Of a DNA stretch of 64,000 nt, positions 1-7,746 are shown in pieces. The notes under the pieces are model-generated. The model ran no database searches. It had not been told where the DNA came from and worked only from the letters and a program-made list of their open reading frames with translations. The position numbers were made by a program, and so were the translations under genes. Position 1 is the first letter of the stretch. Each line of letters opens with the position of its first letter. Origin of the DNA: Verrucomicrobiota bacterium (GTDB taxonomy: Bacteria > Verrucomicrobiota > Verrucomicrobiia > Limisphaerales > UBA8199); the NCBI GenBank assembly GCA_050011195.1, contig JBEKJO010000012.1, forward strand, positions 895-64,894. Reading direction: 5' to 3'.

Positions 1-575
1 TCAACGAAATCTTCTCGGGCTTCGACGTGCTCGCGGAAAAGCATGGCCTGGAGAAAATCAAAACCATCGGCGACGCTTACATGGTCGCGGGCGGCATTCC
101 TTTGCCGCGACCCGACCACGCGGAGGCCATCGTGGAACTGGCCCTCGACCTGATGGCAGAGATCGAAAAGTTCAACCGCGCTTACAACACCTCCATCCAC
201 CTCCGCATTGGCATCAGCACCGGCTCCGTCGTTGCCGGCGTGATCGGGCGCCGGAAATTCACCTACGACCTTTGGGGCGACTCCGTCAACCTCGCCTGCC
301 GGTTGGAGTCGCTCGGCCCGGCGGGAAGCATCCAGGTCTCCGAAACGACCTATGAACGGCTAAAAGACAGATACCGATTCGACGGCAGCCAAACCATCGA
401 GATCAAAGGGCATGGCAAAGAGCTTGTCCATACCCTCTACGGCCCTCTCTCGAGCTTCTGCGGGCCGGAGGGCCCTCCGCCGGCGCCGTCAGCGCAAAGG
501 CGAACTCCCAAGGGGAGCGATGCACTGGAGCCGTTTGGCAGCCAGTTGCCGCGGCGATTTGAGCGCTGCGGCTAG
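1..575 (+). CDS. Class III adenylate/guanylate cyclase catalytic-domain protein (5' end lies outside the window)
   Basis: The frame is open from base 3. The translation NEIFSGFDVLAEKHGLEKIKTIGDAYMVAGGIP...GVIGRRKFTYDLWGDSVNLACRLES carries cyclase-homology-domain signatures. Confidence 0.85.
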   Translation, partial: NEIFSGFDVLAEKHGLEKIKTIGDAYMVAGGIPLPRPDHAEAIVELALDLMAEIEKFNRAYNTSIHLRIGISTGSVVAGVIGRRKFTYDLWGDSVNLACRLESLGPAGSIQVSETTYERLKDRYRFDGSQTIEIKGHGKELVHTLYGPLSSFCGPEGPPPAPSAQRRTPKGSDALEPFGSQLPRRFERCG

Positions 576-686
576 TTCTGATGTCGGGAAGGGAGGGGCG
601 AGCTGTTGGCATTGGATGTGGCCCGGCGAAATCCGGATTGGGACGCCCTGTGATCCAGGAAATTGACGAAAGGACCACATGACTGA

Positions 687-989
687 AGCAGCACAGGCCG
701 AATAGCGGAAGTCGGGCCAGGTAAGGGCAAACGCGCCCTGATGTCGGTCACGACCGGCGGCCCAGGGCCCGTCTATACGCAGGACGGCCGGAACGGAGAC
801 ATCCACGCAATCTTGCGCCCCGTCCAGGGCGGGATGCTGCGTTTCACAGGTTTCGAAGTTCTGGCGCCGAACCTGTGCTTCGGACCGGCCCGCGCGACGC
901 CGGAGCAGCGCGCGCAATGGCTCAAAGACTACGCAACCCGCCTGCACCGGATCGCGGAGGAGAAGCCGATCGATGTGGGAGAGTATTGA
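687..989 (+). pseudogene. C-terminal fragment of an NAD(P)H dehydrogenase (quinone)/flavodoxin-like-fold (NQO/MdaB-type) protein; the N-terminal half is missing
   Basis: The open frame GKRALMSVTTGGPGPVYTQDGRNGDIHAILRPVQGGMLRFTGFEVLAPNL parallels, as I recall it, the NQO1 block [49 protein letters not shown]. An in-frame stop lies at 684-686, and there is no room for the flavin-binding N-terminus after the cyclase stop at 575. Confidence 0.6.
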
Positions 990-1080
990 GACTCCCGTTG
1001 TGTCAGTACCAAGTTCGGCAACCACCGGCGAAGCATGATCGCGCGAGCTCTGGCGGTCTGGCTCATGGAAGTCACGCGCT

Positions 1081-2721
1081 TCATCGCGGGCGCGCATGAT
1101 GCAACATCTCCATGATCTGGCGGTGACGGTCCATCAGCATGGGGTTTAGGGCTGGTCCCGATTCAGCCGAAACGGCTTTCCAGTTTGCGTGCTGGACGAA
1201 CGGGTCGGATAGATCAAGAAACCGGTTTTGAGATGGGTCCCAAATGGCGGTCCAATCGCAGACGCATCCATGGCGAGAGGAATTGGCGCTGCCAAGGCGG
1301 CGGACGCACTCTCCCCGAAGGTTCGCTCGGCTGATGGCGGGGGGGAACTCTCTCGCGTGCTCGAAATTATCCACGCCGGGGAAGTGGTGATGCAGAACGC
1401 CCGAGTGGTCGAGCTGGGAAAACAGCCCGGCGTTCCCCAGTTGGCCGAAGCGAGTGTCCAATTCGAACACGCAGCTGCGCAGGGCTTGAAACTTCCTGAA
1501 TCCGTCGGCGGAGGCGCCCCGCTGAAGCAATTGGGGCGCAAATTCCGGCAACACCTGTGCCAAAAGGGTTTCTTCAGCCCAAAGGACCTCGAGATCGGCG
1601 AAATCCGGCGGGAGCTTTTTCCTGGCCAGCAATCTTCCCGTCGCCTCAGCCACTGTGTTCCATTTTTGCACGGCTTGCCAATTATACCCCTGAGCCGCAA
1701 GAAAGTGGTTAAAGGTGCTAAAGCGGATCGCCCAGTCGAGGCGCGTGGCGACCGACCCCGGGCTGCCGGACTCCAGCAGCTCCAGCACGCGCCGCCATTG
1801 CCGACAAACTTCCCCCGCCCAGGTGGGCATAAAAGAAGCGTGCAGGTGCGCCTCGGCCAGCGCGAGGTAGCGCCGCTGGATGGCCAGAGCCGTGACAGGT
1901 TCGCCCCGGGCGGTCGTGACGGTCTGCTGGCAGCGAGGATCCCCGGCAAAAGCCCGCATCGCCTCCAGGGGCGCGGAGAGCTTGAGTTGATCCCCCGGCC
2001 GCAGCCCGGCCTCAATCATCGCCACGACGATGGCCGTTACCCCGACTCGCAAGAAAATCGCCCATTCCGAAAACAAGCTCTCGGAACATAAGAGGTGGAG
2101 CCGGTTGTACCCGGCTGAACTCAGAGACTCGTTCTTGGTGTGCAGCACCCCCCGGCTATGTGTCGATTCGCCTGACACCTCTGCGGCAAGGTGCGGCACG
2201 CGCGGCGAGAGCGTGAAGCGGATGCCGGGGTAACTGGAATCGAAGCCACCGGCGCCGGTGTAGATGAGGCGGCTGGCCAAATGCGGGATCAGATGCTGCC
2301 GAAACAGCCCCGGGTCAGCTTGGTGGAGGTAGGATTCATGCGATCCCCAAGTGCTTCCCGTTCCGCTGTAATCAACGTTTTGCCTGAAGAAGCAGGCCTG
2401 ACCAACGGCATTCTGTTTCTTGGTCAACTCTGCCCCCAGGTCTTCCAAGGTTTTCTCTCCGGCTTTTACGTAGCGAGCGGCGTCCCAGGGGTTGGCCAGT
2501 TCAGGACCGGCGAACTCCGGATGGTGCCCGCAATCAATGTAGAGGCGCGCGCCATTGGTCAGGAACATGCCGCTCGACTGGAGATCCGGGAGGTGGGTCA
2601 GTTGCTGGCGAGCGGTTTCCAGCAACCACCCAGTCGCGAGCGGCAGGGCCATGCGCTGGCCCTGCCGATCCAGCAGCGCGAACGCATACTCGGTCTCGAG
2701 GCCAAAGAGCCGCTCCGCCAC
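1081..2721 (-). CDS. Pup-ligase/deamidase family protein, PafA-like
   Basis: The GTG start lies 2 nt after the Pup-like stop and is preceded by AGGAGGGAGGA. Family blocks present: GLETEYAF, NGARLYIDCGHHPEF, GSTWGSHESYLH, RLHLLCSES, RLDWAIRF. The spacer between the first two blocks is short (~45 aa), as in PafA. Confidence 0.85.
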   Translation of the reverse strand: MAERLFGLETEYAFALLDRQGQRMALPLATGWLLETARQQLTHLPDLQSSGMFLTNGARLYIDCGHHPEFAGPELANPWDAARYVKAGEKTLEDLGAELTKKQNAVGQACFFRQNVDYSGTGSTWGSHESYLHQADPGLFRQHLIPHLASRLIYTGAGGFDSSYPGIRFTLSPRVPHLAAEVSGESTHSRGVLHTKNESLSSAGYNRLHLLCSESLFSEWAIFLRVGVTAIVVAMIEAGLRPGDQLKLSAPLEAMRAFAGDPRCQQTVTTARGEPVTALAIQRRYLALAEAHLHASFMPTWAGEVCRQWRRVLELLESGSPGSVATRLDWAIRFSTFNHFLAAQGYNWQAVQKWNTVAEATGRLLARKKLPPDFADLEVLWAEETLLAQVLPEFAPQLLQRGASADGFRKFQALRSCVFELDTRFGQLGNAGLFSQLDHSGVLHHHFPGVDNFEHAREFPPAISRANLRGECVRRLGSANSSRHGCVCDWTAIWDPSQNRFLDLSDPFVQHANWKAVSAESGPALNPMLMDRHRQIMEMLHHARPR

Positions 2722-2723
2722 GA

Positions 2724-2924
2724 CTACTGTCCTCCCTCCTGACGCATCGAGGCATTGAATGCCTGGCTATTGCTGGAGAGCGCGTTTTGGATCGCGGCGT
2801 CGGCCGCAGCGTGCAAGGCGGCCGCCTGACGACGCAGATCGTTAAGGCTGCTGCCGTCAGGGGTGTCGGCGGGTGGTTCGGGAGGACGGTTTGATTCGAT
2901 ATGGTTTCTTTCGAGTTGATTCAT
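2724..2924 (-). CDS. Pup/UBact-like small protein modifier (66 aa, C-terminal GGQ)
   Basis: MNQLERNHIESNRPPEPPADTPDGSSLNDLRRQAAALHAAADAAIQNALSSNSQAFNASMRQEGGQ. It is small and low-complexity with a helix-prone centre. Its C-terminus ..FNASMRQEGGQ resembles the mycobacterial Pup tail ..FVRAYVQKGGQ. It sits between two Pup-ligase-family genes, and its ATG overlaps the upstream stop (ATGA). Confidence 0.8.
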   Translation of the reverse strand: MNQLERNHIESNRPPEPPADTPDGSSLNDLRRQAAALHAAADAAIQNALSSNSQAFNASMRQEGGQ

Positions 2925-4660
2925 GGCTTTAAGTAGGAAGGTCGGTCGCAATCGGAATCAGTGCTCCAATTGGACTGAGGGTTTGTTGCCTTTGTGGTTT
3001 GGTAACTCGGCGAGAGCCAATACTGCCCGGTGGTGGAGACCGGGTCGGGGTCATGGTCGGGGGCGCCGAGCAGATCCAACGCTTCGTTCAGGTTTTGGCT
3101 ATGGTGAAACACGACCTCGGTGTCGTGCTGGGTGAAGGCCAGGGGATTGGCGAGCATGACCGTCCGTCGGATTTCAGCGCCGCCCTGCGAACGCAACTTG
3201 AACGTGATCTTGTCCCAGTCAACCTCCGCAACCGTCTCGGGATCGGCCAAGCGCAGCAGGTAGGCGCGCGTCCAAGCGCGAGTGTTGGCGGGGGGCTCCT
3301 GGGTAAATTTGCGAATTTGCTCTTCCGTCACGCCGGCGCGTTCCACGGACCCCACCTGATCGCACGCCCAGAACAACCCTTCCTCGAGATCGGCATACTT
3401 GAAATCCAGGTGCTTGATCTCGGGACTGCCCCAGTTGAGTTCCTGGTGTTGTTGCATGGCCCGCTCGAGCAACTGCAGCTTGAGGACCCAATCGAGGCGG
3501 GCCGCCAGCGCTCCGAAATCGCGACGGCTGAGTTTGTCCAGCGTATCAGCCCACAACGCCAGGATCTCACGCGCAGCGGGAACGATGCCGTCGCAACCTC
3601 CGCTGTCCACAAAGCGCGCGGCCTGGTCGAAAAAGCGCCGCTGCAGCTCAAGGGCCGTCACTTCTTCCCCCGTGAGCAGGCCGGCGCGAGCGGTGAGTGC
3701 GGGGTCCCGGCTCCAGCGGGCAACCGTCTCGACCGGGTCTTCCAGAATGAGATGGAGATTCCCATCGGTCTCACCCCGTTCGAGCAGGCTGAGCAGGATC
3801 TGCATCATGCCGGCCCGGAGAACAATGGAGGCAGGACAAAGCGTCGAATCAAAGAAGATGCTATGCAGCCGGGCAAACCGGTCAGCCGGGCACCCGCGAG
3901 CCGTGTAGCCTCCACACAGCGCTTCGTCCCGGCTGTTGACGAGCGGGCGATGGCAGGTGGTCTGGGTTCCCACCAAGCACTCGAAAAAGGAGGCTCTTTG
4001 AGACACTTCGTAGCAACCCTTACCCCCGTCCGTCGTCCTGCTCTCGGAGTTCACCTTGCCTTGCCCCGTGAGGATGATGCTGGAAACCTGAAACGAGGCC
4101 AGCATCAGCAACTGATGAAGACGACGGCGGAACAGCCGATCCCACGCCGTGCGCGTCATCTGCAAACTCATGTGCGAGCCGTAAGAATGTCCTAGCCCGT
4201 CTTCGTTATTGACGACGGCCACGAGCTTTACCTTTTCGGGCAGCCTCGCGTTGGCCGCCTGTAACGCCGATCGGGCGATCCGGAGCATGGCGTGACATGC
4301 GGCCGCAAAATCATAGGCGCTTAAGACCTCTGGGGAGCAAATTTCCAGGTGATCGAGGTCGATGTAAAGGCAGCCGCCGTTGGCCGGCAGATACTTCCTG
4401 CCCCAGTCTTGCGGATTGGTTCCAAACGGTTGGGACTGATGAGACTGGTCAAGCCAGGAACCAGAGTAGCCGGGAGTGGGTCCAGGCAAGCCTTCGACCT
4501 CACGCAAGAGCGCACGCGAGGCCATCGCCCCGGTGCCGTATTCACGTTCCAGCCCCAAGACAAAGTTGCCCAATTCCACATCGGCACCGAGAATCTTCGG
4601 CGCTGCGCCCGTGTCGCTCAGGCCCGGAGCCCTTGGTTTGGGGGATAGTTCGGTTGACAT
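2921..4660 (-). CDS. Pup-ligase/deamidase family protein, Dop-like (divergent active-site motifs)
   Basis: Family blocks present: GADVELG, NGGCLYIDLDHLEICSPE, GHSYGSHMSLQM, EVSQRASFFE, PLVNSRDEAL, FARLHSIFFDS, RLDWVLKLQLLE, PPANTRAWTRAY. A ~70-aa insert follows the first block (Dop-loop-like). The gene lies immediately upstream of the Pup-like gene, as in actinobacterial dop-pup. Confidence 0.85.
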   Translation of the reverse strand: MSTELSPKPRAPGLSDTGAAPKILGADVELGNFVLGLEREYGTGAMASRALLREVEGLPGPTPGYSGSWLDQSHQSQPFGTNPQDWGRKYLPANGGCLYIDLDHLEICSPEVLSAYDFAAACHAMLRIARSALQAANARLPEKVKLVAVVNNEDGLGHSYGSHMSLQMTRTAWDRLFRRRLHQLLMLASFQVSSIILTGQGKVNSESRTTDGGKGCYEVSQRASFFECLVGTQTTCHRPLVNSRDEALCGGYTARGCPADRFARLHSIFFDSTLCPASIVLRAGMMQILLSLLERGETDGNLHLILEDPVETVARWSRDPALTARAGLLTGEEVTALELQRRFFDQAARFVDSGGCDGIVPAAREILALWADTLDKLSRRDFGALAARLDWVLKLQLLERAMQQHQELNWGSPEIKHLDFKYADLEEGLFWACDQVGSVERAGVTEEQIRKFTQEPPANTRAWTRAYLLRLADPETVAEVDWDKITFKLRSQGGAEIRRTVMLANPLAFTQHDTEVVFHHSQNLNEALDLLGAPDHDPDPVSTTGQYWLSPSYQTTKATNPQSNWSTDSDCDRPSYLKP

Positions 4661-4672
4661 GCGAGGCTTCTG

Positions 4673-6340
4673 TTACACGGGGTCGAGGTTGAGATAGCGC
4701 CGGGCGTTGGGCACCTTGCGCACCACAGGCTCGACGCTGACGACATCGACGTCCTGCGGGAGGTCAGCGAGATAGGCATGAACGTTATTGGGCGTGAGCT
4801 GGGTGCGTAACCGTTCTATGCCTTCGATTACGGCTTGCTCCATATCGCTGGCGTTGAGACCCGGCTCGCCGCCGCGAAGTTCGCGAACGAAAGCACGACG
4901 GCAGGCGTTCTCACAGATCTGCATGAAAAACCGGCCACTGGCCAGCTCGCGCGCGCTGATCGTGCGCTCTTTGCCGTCGCGGAATCGGATGCGGCAAATA
5001 GCATTATCCGCATTGGGCGCGTAGAGGAGCGAAACGGCGGCCTCGATTATCTCGTCGCGCGTGCCCGCGGCCAATTCACCGTTTGGCGAGAAGGGCAGTG
5101 ACGGCGGCAAATGTATGTTCAGAATGGCTTTGGCAGCGCACTGGTCCGGGCGACTCACCTGGACCTCCACCGCAAACCGGGCGAGCAGAGCTGGGTCCAG
5201 CAAATCCTTGCGATTGGTGGCGGCGATAATGGCGATGTCTTTACGGTCTTCGAACCCGTCCAGTTCCGCCAGGAGCGCCGCCAGATGTTTGTCACTGTGA
5301 ATGTTGGCGAAATTTCCCCGGGTCCGGGCAATGCTTTCAAGCTCGTCCAGGAAGAGGAAGGCCACCCCGTCGCGGGCCGCCTCCCGCAAGATTTTGAAGG
5401 TGTCCCGGATAGCTTTTTGGGTCGCGCCGACATAGGGGGACTCCCAGGCCGCCGGTTTAATCACGCCGAAGCGAACCCGGCGGCCGCTCAGGCGCCCGAT
5501 GTCGCTCGCCACGATGCGAGTCATGTGGGTCTTGCCGCAACCCGGCGGCCCGACCAACAAAATGGAGTTCCGCCCGCTGAGCCGGTAGCGTCGGGCCATT
5601 TCAGGGGCCACCAGTAGCGCGCTCAACGTGGTCCGCATCGTCTCATAACTGGCATCCAGCCCCCCGAGGAGCTCCCGCGTCAGGCTCGGGACTTCCTCGA
5701 GCATGAACTCCTTTCCCTGAACGTTCTCGACCTTGTCAAAGGCCAGCCAGATGGAGCGGTCGAATCGGACCAGATCCCCGGGCTGGAGCGCAAGGCTAGC
5801 GAGAGGGTGCGCCGGTTGCAGCACGATTTCATCATCGCGGCAGTTCACAACCAAATGGCCGTCACTGGTTCGGCGGTCGAATACACCGACCTCGCCGCAC
5901 CGTGGCAGACCATCGGGGGAGACGCCGGTGATCACATTCAATTCGTGGTTGAGGAAGACTTGGTCGCCCGGGCGCAGGGACTCGACCTCCAGTTCGGGAG
6001 CGAGATTGACCACCCGCCGGGCGCCGCCCTGGTGTACGATCGCCCGCGCCCCGGCCCCGGTGGACAGCGGTCCCATGAAAACCGCTGCCACCCAGGGCGT
6101 GGCCAGAACCCTATCCAGCGTTTCTTTAAGTTTCGCTTGGAGTCGCTGGGCCTCGTGAAGCCCGATCCTGGCCAGGTCCAGGTGTTCCAGGAGGTTTCGG
6201 TCAACGAAGTCCGCCAGGTCGGCGGATTCCAGGCGCAGCGCCTTGAGTTGCGCTAGCCGCTGGTCCAGGCTGAGATCGGCCTTGAGGCAAAAGTTGACCA
6301 GTTCTGTGGCGAAAGGATCAGGGGTGGCAGGACGTTTCAT
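4673..6340 (-). CDS. AAA+ ATPase, Mpa/ARC/PAN-like unfoldase (coiled coil, OB-like domains, AAA module)
   Basis: Coiled-coil N-terminus (LDQRLAQLKALRLE...LQAKLKETLDRV). OB-like segments (GDQVFLNHELNVI; GDLVRFDRSIWLAF). Walker A GPPGCGKTH and Walker B FLFLDELES. The start is set at the internal ATG 6340; the ORF-track start 6409 would overlap the upstream gene by 92 nt. Confidence 0.85.
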   Translation of the reverse strand: MKRPATPDPFATELVNFCLKADLSLDQRLAQLKALRLESADLADFVDRNLLEHLDLARIGLHEAQRLQAKLKETLDRVLATPWVAAVFMGPLSTGAGARAIVHQGGARRVVNLAPELEVESLRPGDQVFLNHELNVITGVSPDGLPRCGEVGVFDRRTSDGHLVVNCRDDEIVLQPAHPLASLALQPGDLVRFDRSIWLAFDKVENVQGKEFMLEEVPSLTRELLGGLDASYETMRTTLSALLVAPEMARRYRLSGRNSILLVGPPGCGKTHMTRIVASDIGRLSGRRVRFGVIKPAAWESPYVGATQKAIRDTFKILREAARDGVAFLFLDELESIARTRGNFANIHSDKHLAALLAELDGFEDRKDIAIIAATNRKDLLDPALLARFAVEVQVSRPDQCAAKAILNIHLPPSLPFSPNGELAAGTRDEIIEAAVSLLYAPNADNAICRIRFRDGKERTISARELASGRFFMQICENACRRAFVRELRGGEPGLNASDMEQAVIEGIERLRTQLTPNNVHAYLADLPQDVDVVSVEPVVRKVPNARRYLNLDPV

Positions 6341-7418
6341 GAATATCAGTACCGATGATGGACGCCGCCTCGACCACCGGCAGCGGCCGGGCGGTGTCGG
6401 GTTTAACAATGTGAAAACCGCGTTGAGTAATCACCGCCCGATCCCAGCCATACATGGTTAGTTTCATACCCGAGAAGGTATTGGTGACCAGGAGGGCGAT
6501 GCAGTGGGGTTGCCAGAAGGCGACGCGATGCAAATCACAGTCCGCCCTGGAAAAGAAGGGCGTGTTGAACGGGCATTGCTCCTTGGCTTCGGGTGAGCAG
6601 TCTTTATTGCAAAAATACCGGGCTGGGTGATTGTGAAAAAATCCCACGATTTGCTCGGCACTGCGGCGCAGATCCAGCGCGGCCTGAGCGGCAGCCCAGG
6701 TGTCCGCCGTAAAGGAGAGCCGCGTGGATTCCGATAAGGTATGGCGCGCGGGGATCTGCGCGGTGACTTTCAGGAAGAGTTCCTGCGTGCTCCGATCCTG
6801 GTGCATCTGACCGATGAGCACCGCCCCGACCTCGACGTTCTTGGCTCGCTCCGTCAGCGCCAGCACCTCATCAATCACTCCTTGCGGCACGAAAACCGGG
6901 ATCAGACCGGAACCGACATCCCCAAAGGCGATGGACCGCTCGAGCTCGTCATTGATCGAGCCTGGGGTCAGTGCCGTCGGCACAGGCACGTCCTCGATCT
7001 CAAGTGGATCCGGTGCCCTGGCACCTTGATCGTCGGATGCCGGGAAAGCCAGCACAGCGTAGGTGAACAGTTCACCAGATTCCAGTTTCTTCTGGTCCAC
7101 AAGGGCGTCTCCGATCCTCATGGCGCCGGGCTTAAAGAAGCTGTTCGGAATGTCCGCCGTAATCGTGGGCATTGTGTCTGTCCGGGCGGTCACGCGCAGG
7201 CCCTCGACGTACGGCGCTCCAGCCGTGGCGTGCCAAAGGGGCTGAATATGGATTTCCGCCTCGGCGGCCGACTTCGGGTTTAACCAGCGACACAGGGCGG
7301 TGAAGCGGCCCCATTCGGCGGCGGGCACGAAGTCCAGCTTCGCCGGGAATTGGCCCAGCAACGCCCCGCTCTTGGCGCGGGACATATCGAAAAAGTAGCG
7401 GAAGGATTGACGCGGCAT
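6318..7418 (-). CDS. JAB/MPN+ (JAMM) metallopeptidase with an uncharacterised N-terminal domain
   Basis: C-terminal JAMM elements are NVEVGAVLIGQ (Glu), FFHNHP (HxH) and FFSRADCDLH (S..D). The N-terminal ~200 aa has no motif I recognise. The start is set at ATG 7418; the ORF-track start 7574 would overlap the Ubl gene by 119 nt. Confidence 0.8.
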   Translation of the reverse strand: MPRQSFRYFFDMSRAKSGALLGQFPAKLDFVPAAEWGRFTALCRWLNPKSAAEAEIHIQPLWHATAGAPYVEGLRVTARTDTMPTITADIPNSFFKPGAMRIGDALVDQKKLESGELFTYAVLAFPASDDQGARAPDPLEIEDVPVPTALTPGSINDELERSIAFGDVGSGLIPVFVPQGVIDEVLALTERAKNVEVGAVLIGQMHQDRSTQELFLKVTAQIPARHTLSESTRLSFTADTWAAAQAALDLRRSAEQIVGFFHNHPARYFCNKDCSPEAKEQCPFNTPFFSRADCDLHRVAFWQPHCIALLVTNTFSGMKLTMYGWDRAVITQRGFHIVKPDTARPLPVVEAASIIGTDIHETSCHP

Positions 7419-7455
7419 AGGAAGAGGGGCGGCGGAGACCGCCGCCCCGTGTCCT

Positions 7456-7746
7456 TCAGCGGGTGCTCCCGGCGTCCACGTTCGGGTGAAGGGTAATCTG
7501 GTCGTTTGGGACCAACACCTCGCCAACCACTTCAGAGGAGTGGGCGTGCCGACCCAGGCGGTCAACCCGCGCATGGTAAGTCAGCGCCCGCCCGACGGAA
7601 TCCTGCGACGGGAGTTGGAGTCTCGGCAGCAGGTCCTGGACGAGATCCCCCATCGTGGAATCCATCGGTACCCGCCGGGCGCGCACACGCTTTTGACCGG
7701 TCAGGTCGGTGGCCGTGATGTTGGGAACAAATAATGGCTGTATCAT
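7456..7746 (-). CDS. Ubiquitin-like (beta-grasp) protein, 96 aa
   Basis: ATDLTGQKRVRARRVPMDSTMGDLVQDLLPRLQLP parallels ubiquitin [32 protein letters not shown]. The distal QITLHPNVDAG parallels STLHLVLRLRGG. It lies within the E1/E2/JAB cluster, and its ATG overlaps the upstream stop (ATGA). Confidence 0.7.
   Translation of the reverse strand: MIQPLFVPNITATDLTGQKRVRARRVPMDSTMGDLVQDLLPRLQLPSQDSVGRALTYHARVDRLGRHAHSSEVVGEVLVPNDQITLHPNVDAGSTR

Noticed and set aside
1146-4195. Long alternative-frame and antisense ORFs inside the Pup-ligase-family genes (1146..2015 -, 1228..2091 +, 2191..2742 +, 2999..4195 +)
   Set aside because: They overlap genes with clear family motifs on the minus strand. 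Their Arg/Pro/Gly-rich composition indicates GC-driven open frames rather than coding sequence.
6318-7574. Full-length ORF-track versions of the JAB gene (start 7574) and AAA+ gene (start 6409)
   Set aside because: The N-terminal extensions would overlap the preceding genes by 119 nt and 92 nt and look non-protein-like (Trp/Arg/Pro-rich). Internal ATGs at 7418 and 6340 give compact junctions. The exact starts remain unverified.
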